Shown in pieces: positions 49,035 to 57,846 of a stretch of 57,846 nt of DNA. The position numbers and the translations under genes are program-made. Source of the stretch: Octopus bimaculoides. Its lineage: Eukaryota. The stretch spans positions 83,279,355 through 83,337,200 of the forward strand of contig NC_068990.1 of the NCBI RefSeq assembly GCF_001194135.2, given 5' to 3'. Below the pieces are notes generated by a model. It did not search any database. It saw only the letters and a program-made list of their open reading frames with translations, and was not told where the DNA came from. The stretch's first letter is position 1, and each line of letters opens with the position of its first letter.

Positions 49035-49559
49035 NNNNNNNNNNNNNNNNNNNNNNNNNNNNNNNNNNNNNNNNNNNNNNNNNNNNNNNNNNNNNNNNNN
49101 NNNNNNNNNNNNNNNNNNNNNNNNNNNNNNNNNNNNNNNNNNNNNNNNNNNNNNNNNNNNNNNNNNNNNNNNNNNNNNNNNNNNNNNNNNNNNNNNNNNN
49201 NNNNNNNNNNNNNNNNNNNNNNNNNNNNNNNNNNNNNNNNNNNNNNNNNNNNNNNNNNNNNNNNNNNNNNNNNNNNNNNNNNNNNNNNNNNNNNNNNNNN
49301 NNNNNNNNNNNNNNNNNNNNNNNNNNNNNNNNNNNNNNNNNNNNNNNNNNNNNNNNNNNNNNNNNNNNNNNNNNNNNNNNNNNNNNNNNNNNNNNNNNNN
49401 NNNNNNNNNNNNNNNNNNNNNNNNNNNNNNNNNNNNNNNNNNNNNNNNNNNNNNNNNNNNNNNNNNNNNNNNNNNNNNNNNNNNNNNNNNNNNNNNNNNN
49501 NNNNNNNNNNNNNNNNNNNNNNNNNNNNNNNNNNNNNNNNNNNNNNNNNNNNNNNNNNA

Positions 49560-50039
49560 GCAGGCAATTTCCTTCTGTCTGATATCAGTAGCGAAAGAGG
49601 TTGTATGGTGGACCAGGTTGAAAGGACAGAAGACCAGACACTTTTCTCTTTGGTCAATCTCTCATCAACTTTTTTTAATTTCACTTGAAAAGGAAGATGA
49701 GGACGGAGAAAGTACATTTGCTAAAAGGTGGATGAATGTAGCGAAAATGGCACGTGTGAGTGGACCTACTCTAATAATGCGCCTGTAGGCTAGTGAATTT
49801 GAGAGGGAGGAGGGTGCCCTTCCCGGATACTCTCGAAGCGTCGAGTTGTTCAGGATTGGTGGGGTACCTGAGCCAACTCCAGGTGGCTATCACACGCTCC
49901 ACTATTAGGGAACTTTCATTGTTATATTCTTTTGTTGGATATCTTTGTTATTGTTTTAATTGTGTACTCGTTGTTTCTGTGTAAAATCCCCACTGTCCAT
50001 ATCGTCCCCTATAAGTCGGCCCTAGTGGCTAATAAATGA

Positions 50040-50040
<1 letters not shown>
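49560..50040 (+). mobile_element. Tx1/L1-like LINE 3' end (ORF2 C-terminus, stop at 49786-49788, 3' UTR, AATAAA at 50031)
   Basis: ISVAKEVVWWTRLKG..., SLINFF*FHLKRKMRTE and FAKRWMNVAKMARV fit the Tx1-type C-terminal pattern. Followed by about 12 AAT and 51 GAA units (50040-50230). Confidence 0.7.
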
Positions 50041-50105
<65 letters not shown>

Positions 50106-50230
50106 AAGAAGAAGAAGAAGAAGAAGAAGAAGAAGAAGAAGAAGAAGAAGAAGAAGAAGAAGAAGAAGAAGAAGAAGAAGAAGAAGAAGAAGAAGAAGAA
50201 GAAGAAGAAGAAGAAGAAGAAGAAGAAGAA

Positions 50231-50670
50231 TTAAGATGGTGAGCCGGCAGAATCGTTAGCACGCCGGACGAAATGCTGAGCGGTATTTCGTCTGTCTTTA
50301 CGTTCTGAGTTCAAATTCGGCCGAGGTCTACTTTGCCTTTCATCATTTCGGGATCAATAATTTAAGTATCAGTGAAACACTGAGGTCGATGTAATCGATT
50401 AGTCTCCCCCACCACAATTTCAGGCCTTGTGCCTATAGTAGAAAGGATTATTATTGTTATTAAGGCAGCGAACTAGCAGAATTGTTAAGACGCCGAACAG
50501 AGTGTTTAGTGGCATTTCGTCCGTCTTTACGTTCAAATTCTGCCAAGGTCAATTTTGCTTTTCATCCTTTCGGAGTCGATAAAATAAGTACCAGTTGAGC
50601 ACTGGGGTTGATGTAATCAACTTATCTCTCTCTGAAATTACTGGCGTTGTGTAAAAAATTTGAAACAATT
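50231..50670 (+). mobile_element. Two tandem SINE family B monomers (about 50231-50450 and 50461-50670)
   Basis: Each has its own head (aagatggtgagccggcagaa; aaggcagcgaactagcagaa). Confidence 0.85.
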
Positions 50671-50847
50671 GGGGTTTTTTTGTGTGTATGTTTTTTTTGT
50701 TTTTTGTTTTTTAAGAAATTATGCTTTAGTTTCTTTTCACATCCTTGACTTTAGCTGCCTTAATTCGTTTAGTGAGTAGTGCCACTCCTGATTATAAAAC
50801 ATTGTTTCCACAAAGATGTCTTATTCTTGGATGTCATATATTTTTGT

Positions 50848-51233
50848 GTTGAGGTGCAATGGCCCAGTGGTTAGGGCAGCGGACTCGCGGTCATAGGATC
50901 GCGCTTTCGATTCCCAGACCGGGCGTTGTGAGTGTTTATTGAGCGAAAACACCTAAAGCTCCACGAGACTCCGGCAGGGGATGGTGGCAAACCCTGCTGT
51001 GCTCTTTCACCACAACTTTCTCTCACTCTTATTTCCTGTTTCTGTGGTGCCTGTAATTCAAAGGGTCAGTCTTGTCACACTGTGTCACGCCGAATATCCC
51101 CGAGAACTACGATAAGGGTACACGTGTCTGTGGAGTGCTCAGTCACTTGCACGTTAATTTCACGAGCAGGCTGTTCCATTGATCGGATCAACTGGAACCC
51201 TCGACGTCGTAAGCGACGGAGTGCCAACAACAA
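50848..51233 (+). mobile_element. Full-length SINE family C with perfect 13-bp TSD
   Basis: catatatttttgt at 50835-50847 and 51234-51246. High identity to 40022-40656. Confidence 0.95.
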
Positions 51234-51243
51234 CATATATTTT

Positions 51244-51557
51244 TGTAATGTTATAATCAATCCGAAAATGCTTGATGCACGTTCGAACTGGGGAACAAAC
51301 TACTCACTGCGTTTTGTCACAGGGGAATATATCTCGCTTGCTGATATATGGTATGTACACACGTAGATCAGTTCGCAGTGCCAGCTATTTCGATACTAGC
51401 ATCTCACAGTCTAGGTAGATGGTCGCTGCGAGCTGATCTACGTGTATACACACCATTTATCAACAAGGGAGATCTATTCTCCGTGACAAAACAGTGAGTA
51501 GCTTGTTCCCTAGTTCGAACGTGCACCAAGCATATTCCGACTGATTATAACATTGCA
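51244..51557. repeat. 314-bp foldback (inverted arms of about 140 bp), MITE-like
   Basis: Left arm tgtaatgttataatcaatccgaaaatgcttgatgcacgttcgaact...gtagatcagttcgcag pairs with right arm ctgcgagctgatctac...agttcgaacgtgcaccaagcatattccgactgattataacattgca. Confidence 0.93.
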
Positions 51558-52389
51558 GTTTCACTTTTCACTTAGCGCTCCCCCTCCGTAATTATATATT
51601 TTTATTATTTCCTATAAATCTGTGAACGTTCGCTAATATATTTGAGATTAGATCGTGTGTTTCATGCTGGTTTTTATTTCGTTCAACGTTTCTCGCTTTG
51701 AACGTGCTGGTGCCTTATGTATATAATATAGATGTATTTTTATTAGCTATAGTTCTTTAGTCTATCGATCTCATACAGCAGTAGAAAGAAAGCCTTTTTG
51801 TTTGATGGTTATCCTTTTAATGAAACACTGCTTTAACTGCTTGTACTTGACGGATTGTTTATGCAATTTCTCATAAATGCTGAGCTGTTTTTATTTTCGT
51901 TCGTATCGATGATAGTGATGTTTCAGTGTTGGTCTTGTTCTAAGTGGATTCGTTATATTTCCTGTGATTTATTAATGCCTTGTGTTTTGTTCATGAAGAA
52001 AGATGTTATTAGTTATTGTAAACAATATATTTAGACATGATCCCTACTCACTGAAGTAGGCGGAGGAGGAGGAGGAAATAACACAACAACAGAATTAGCT
52101 CCTTAATTTTTCTCACTTGGGCACAGCGGCATATTTCCTTGTTTGTCCTGTCCTACTGAGTTTTGTGTCCACGTACGGTGTTGGCACGGTGGCTGTTTGT
52201 TAGTTATGTGATTGCACTGGTCGTCTCCGTAATTGATCTACAGTATTGGATCAAGCGTAGACCGTAGTATGCACCTGGTATTGAGATTGTAACCAGGCTT
52301 TCACTCCCTCTTTCTGTTTAGCTATGGGGTCAGCTTTTCAGTTTTGTAGAAGTTTGGCAGTGTCACTAGAGAAACAGATAGAATGGTTG

Positions 52390-53115
52390 GCAATAATTAT
52401 TCCTGTTCTCATCACTCTCAGTTCAATTTCTACTCAAATCAACTTTGTTTCATTTTTTTCGATAAAGTACGTGTCTAGATTGGCGGATTGGCGTTATTGT
52501 TAAATCATCAAACGAATGTAATGCGGTTATTCTGATGTCAAAGGATGCGATTACATTAGTGCCAAGTTGTACCTATTCTTCCCTTTTTTTTTCTTGAATT
52601 GTATCAGTGCCGGGGAAAGAGAAGACTTGCACGCATCGGCAACTGTTCCATCTCGCCGCCTTGAAATTAGAAATAGCTATTAAAGATGGTCAAAGTGTGA
52701 GCAGGCAGAATCTTCTGTCTTTTTTGCGTACTGAGTTCATATTCCGGCAAGGTCGACTTTATCTTTCATCCTTTCAGGATCCAATACTTCAGCCAGTGAA
52801 GTATTGGAGTCGTTGTAATCGATATGCCCAAAATTGTTGATCTGCTGCCAATATTTTGGTTAGGTGAGAAACCGGCAGAATTTTCCGGCCTTATGCGTTC
52901 TGAGTTCACAGGTCAACTTTGCCTTTCATCTTTTCTTGTGAGCGAATGGAACCGTTGGTTTTGACAAATCACCTTCCCTCAAAATTTACTGGCCTTGTGC
53001 CCAAATTTGAAACCATTGGAATAACAGTTTGGCAGAATCGCCAGAATGTTAAATAAAGTGTATGTGTGGAATATATTTGCGGCTTTTTAAATTCTGAGTT
53101 CAAATCCTGCGGAAA
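52390..53115 (+). mobile_element. Cluster of old, degraded SINE family B copies
   Basis: Repeated partial matches (tgagttca.attcc, gtcaactttgcctttcatc, ggccttgtgcccaaatttgaaacc). Confidence 0.65.
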
Positions 53116-53129
53116 CGAGTCGGCAGTGG

Positions 53130-53710
53130 TGGTGCTGCTGGTGTTGATGATAATGATGATGGATAATGAATGATGAATGATTGATGAATGATTGTTGAAT
53201 GATGAGTGATGGATGATGAGTGATAAATGATGATGGAGGGATGATGAATGGTGATGGATGATGATTGATGATTGATGAATGATGAATGTTGATTGACGAT
53301 TGATGAATGATGAATGACGATTGATGAATAATGATTATTGATTGGTGAGTGATGAGTGATGGATGATGGGTGACGACTGGTGAGTTATGATGGGTGGATG
53401 ATGATTGATGAATGATTGTCGCTTGATGAATGATGAGTGATGAATGATGGGTGACGACTGATGAGTGATCACGAATGATGATTGATGTGTACTGATTGAT
53501 GAATGATGATTGATGAGTGATGAATGGTGATTGGTGAGTGGTGGATGATGAATGATGGGTGGTGCATGATGGGTGATGAGTGATGATGGATGATGAATGA
53601 TGATGGATGAATGATGAATGATACGATGGATGATGGATGATGAATGATGATGGATGAATGATGATGGATGAATGATGATGATTACGCGATGGTTATGATG
53701 ATGATGAAGG
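53130..53710 (+). repeat. Degenerate (GAT)n-derived satellite with GATGAAT/GATGAGT/GATGGAT units
   Basis: About 580 bp, almost C-free on the + strand, directly visible. Confidence 0.92.
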
Positions 53711-53884
53711 TTGATGGTGACAATGGTGCGTTAACTCTCCCAAGACACATCAAAGTTTGTTTCAACACACGACTTCACATCAAGAGTCTTGCAAATCAGC
53801 TACAAAAACGATGGACATTAATTTTGATTAAGAGTTGTACACATCTATATTCTCCTCTCCATCTTTCTTTCTTTCTCTCTCCCT

Positions 53885-53947
<63 letters not shown>

Positions 53948-54066
53948 TCTCTCCATCGATCACCTTTTCTTTTACTGCTACCGGTGCGATTGTATACATA
54001 ACAATCGTCATCTCTTCTGAAAATCTAAAACTTGGATAAAAAGAGCTGGTAATACACACAGATACA

Positions 54067-54097
<31 letters not shown>

Positions 54098-54103
54098 GCA
54101 CAT

Positions 54104-54134
<31 letters not shown>

Positions 54135-54185
54135 CACAAACACGCAAATGCACGCAACACGTATACATAGCGTATATGCATTGTA

Positions 54186-54228
<43 letters not shown>

Positions 54229-54805
54229 GTGTATGTGTGTATGTAAATATACTTTATATATATATATATATGTGTGTATGTATGTATGTATGTATGCATG
54301 TATGCATGTATGTACGTACACATATGTATGCTTATTGCTTATGTGTATACTTACATACGCGCGCATACACGCACAAGCACACACACACGCATTAAAAATA
54401 AGAGTCACAAAAAGCCATTACGATGTGTCTTAGGAAAAATCAAAATAAAACTACACAAAGACATTCGTCGCCTGTGTTTGAAGTACTAAAGGAGACATTT
54501 CGTTTTTATATTCATCATGGTCAATACAACTAGCTTTTCCTTCCTAACCTCATCACTTCTCTCTTTACAGCATATAAAACAAACCAAACAACATAGAAAT
54601 ACGAACAAATAATACTGCAAGAACAATACAATAGAAAACAAATATAAGCGAGATAAAATATACAAGCAAAAAGTCATAAATCATGAGAAACGGCAAATGT
54701 CGTATTTGCTACCTTTGTAAAAGTACTCTGTTTGCTCTGAATAATTTTCTCACTTGTTACGTGCACCCCAGCTAAGTAACCAATGCCTTTGTCTCCGGTG
54801 TATGA

Positions 54806-54840
<35 letters not shown>

Positions 54841-54888
54841 CGTATGGATAAAGAGATAGATAAGTATATATGTATATATATATATATA

Positions 54889-54922
<34 letters not shown>

Positions 54923-55956
54923 NNNNNNNNNNNNNNNNNNNNNNNNNNNNNNNNNNNNNNNNNNNNNNNNNNNNNNNNNNNNNNNNNNNNNNNNNNNNNN
55001 NNNNNNNNNNNNNNNNNNNNNNNNNNNNNNNNNNNNNNNNNNNNNNNNNNNNNNNNNNNNNNNNNNNNNNNNNNNNNNNNNNNNNNNNNNNNNNNNNNNN
55101 NNNNNNNNNNNNNNNNNNNNNNNNNNNNNNNNNNNNNNNNNNNNNNNNNNNNNNNNNNNNNNNNNNNNNNNNNNNNNNNNNNNNNNNNNNNNNNNNNNNN
55201 NNNNNNNNNNNNNNNNNNNNNNNNNNNNNNNNNNNNNNNNNNNNNNNNNNNNNNNNNNNNNNNNNNNNNNNNNNNNNNNNNNNNNNNNNNNNNNNNNNNN
55301 NNNNNNNNNNNNNNNTGTGTGTGTGTGTGTGTGTGCGTGTGTGTGTGTGCATGTAAATATACTTTATATATATATATATGTATGTATATATATATATGTT
55401 GTTTTTCGTAGAAACTTATGTATGATCCTACATGGTCGAAGGAGGCCTATTATAGGGGGGGGGGGTTATAATAATGCTGGCGAATGGTGGAGGACCCCCA
55501 TCTAGATAGAGGGTAACAAAAAAAATGAAAACAACGCAAAACACGGAAGGAAAAAACAATGGAAACATATATGGTTTTTAAAAAAATCTCACAAATAAAA
55601 AGGTGTGATTTGTTTTACCTGTCGCGACATAACAGAGTTAAATCCGACATTAGCTAACACACATACGCGCACACACACGCACAGAAACGCGCGCGCGCAC
55701 GCGCACACACACACACACACACACACACATACATACTCATATACATAATGACACGTACACATGTACACAAATATAAATACAATGTATATTGATGCACGCA
55801 CATATATATATATATATATATATATGATCCCGTTTCAAGCTTTAAGGTGAGAATTCTACTTTACTGTATATATGTACGAGTGTATATATATATATTGTTG
55901 TACTAAGTCGGTGCTTGTATACGTATGAGTAGGTACTCGTAAATATATGCTATGGA

Positions 55957-55997
<41 letters not shown>

Positions 55998-57795
55998 TGT
56001 ATGTGACTGCACACACACAGATACACACATACATATCCATTAATCTATTCGTACAGATTACATCTACGTTTGCCTTAAGCGGTTTATAAGTATTCTTGTC
56101 CTTATATTACATTGTATGGGGCTAAACATTCGCTGTAGATCACCACTTAGCGTCGGTTAGCTGTTAAGTAACCTCTTGTTCAAACTTTCCAACAATTCCT
56201 TGACGTAAAGTCGGACAAGGTACCGGTAAGTATATAATCTAAAAATATTGAATAAGTGTATTTTCTGACTATAAATTGTCCCCGTCTCCATCTTCAAACA
56301 TGTTCAAATATCGAATACAGCTTGAGTTTATTCGTGCATCTTAAATAAGGATACATACATATATATATATATAACGTACATATAAAGATATATATTTATA
56401 TATGCGTGCTTACAAACACGCATACACAGATAGATATGTATGTATGCATGAGTGTGCATATGTAAGTGCGCATACGCATATATAAGCATACATATGGACA
56501 TACATACACCAACTCACACCAACTCAGCCACATATTTGCAAACAAGGGATCTCTCTGTTGACTCCAAACGTCTTGTTGCTTTGTTAGCAACCGGCTTCAA
56601 CTCTATCAAGAACTTAGATTAAACCCTAAGGAAACACATACACACACACATACGTATATATACATATATACATAAATATATATATATATATATATANNNN
56701 NNNNNNNNNNNNNNNNNNNNNNNNNNNNNNNNNNNNNNNNNNNNNNNNNNNNNNNNNNNNNNNNNNNNNNNNNNNNNNNNNNNNNNNNNNNNNNNNNNNN
56801 NNNNNNNNNNNNNNNNNNNNNNNNNNNNNNNNNNNNNNNNNNNNNNNNNNNNNNNNNNNNNNNNNNNNNNNNNNNNNNNNNNNNNNNNNNNNNNNNNNNN
56901 NNNNNNNNNNNNNNNNNNNNNNNNNNNNNNNNNNNNNNNNNNNNNNNNNNNNNNNNNNNNNNNNNNNNNNNNNNNNNNNNNNNNNNNNNNNNNNNNNNNN
57001 NNNNNNNNNNNNNNNNNNNNNNNNNNNNNNNNNNNNNNNNNNNNNNNNNNNNNNNNNNNNNNNNNNNNNNNNNNNNNNNNNNNNNNNNNNNNNNNNNNNN
57101 NNNNNNNNNNNNNNNNNNNNNNNNNNNNNNNNNNNNNNNNNNNNNNNNNNNNCATATATATATACACATACATATGTACATATACATATGTGCATTATAT
57201 TTTTTACAAGTTCATATGTGTAAAAGGGATTCGATTCGATAAGCATCTATCGAAATTTAAAAGATCAATACATATTTGTTATAAGGAAACAAACATAACA
57301 AAAACAATTATTTGTGGATGCAACTTAACCATTCCCACCATTCCTCACTCCTATTCCTAAAACCCCACCCCGTTTCCCTCTCAAACTTTCGTGAAATTTC
57401 TTACGCATCTTTGAATCTTGTACTTCCTTCGTGATTTTTCTCTTTCCTATATTTTCTGTTTTGCCATTTTTAATTTTGGTTTAGTGATCTTCAGCAATTT
57501 TTTCTTTCTTTCACCGTTTCCTAACACATTTGTTACTCTTAAAATGCTTCGGTTGGAATCAAATCTTCCTAAGATTGATGTTATGAGAAGGAAGAAATTG
57601 AGCCTTTAATATTGATATTTGCGTTTGTTACTCTCTGAAATGTTAAAGGTAACGCTGATATGGTACATTAAAAACGAAGGAAAATTTGTTGCTCTTGAAA
57701 AATGTTCGTATTAGTAAATATGTAATTTATGGGTATTAACGGAATATCCATGCATTATGTGTGTGTATGATAATACATAGAATATATATACATAC

Positions 57796-57846
<51 letters not shown>

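Noticed and set aside
54210-55385. Duplicated atgtaaatatactttatatata motif at about 54240 and 55350
   Set aside because: Short, embedded in TG/TA microsatellite and next to a gap; may be a local duplication or misassembly, with little information.

Overview
This is AT-rich, microsatellite-saturated animal genomic DNA with 19 assembly gaps (about 8 kb of N), most of them at (TA)n/(CA)n tracts. I infer a coleoid cephalopod, most likely Octopus, from the tRNA-derived SINE families and repeat landscape. I cannot support any host protein-coding gene, true tRNA/rRNA gene or CRISPR array; the window looks intergenic or deep-intronic. Nearly all listed ORFs are artefacts of gaps or simple repeats. 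The recognisable content is transposable elements. There are three abundant SINE families, which I label A, B and C. LINE relics come from several clades: Tx1/L1-like ORF1 and 3' ends, RTE, R4/Dong, CR1-like and Penelope. There are also a hAT-like non-autonomous element with an 8-bp TSD, probable pogo/Tigger and Helitron relics, and a 314-bp foldback. The most interesting signals are four. (1) A SINE-B variant carries a Tx1-like LINE 3' tail and occurs three times fused at the same nucleotide to a second SINE-B monomer. (2) Several hammerhead-ribozyme-like motifs lie in Penelope-associated repeats, two of them sharing a non-canonical core. (3) A 229-codon LINE ORF1 frame is still open but has no ORF2 behind it. 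(4) There is a long near-perfect hairpin. All family assignments come from manual translation and motif recognition, not database searches, and relic boundaries are approximate.
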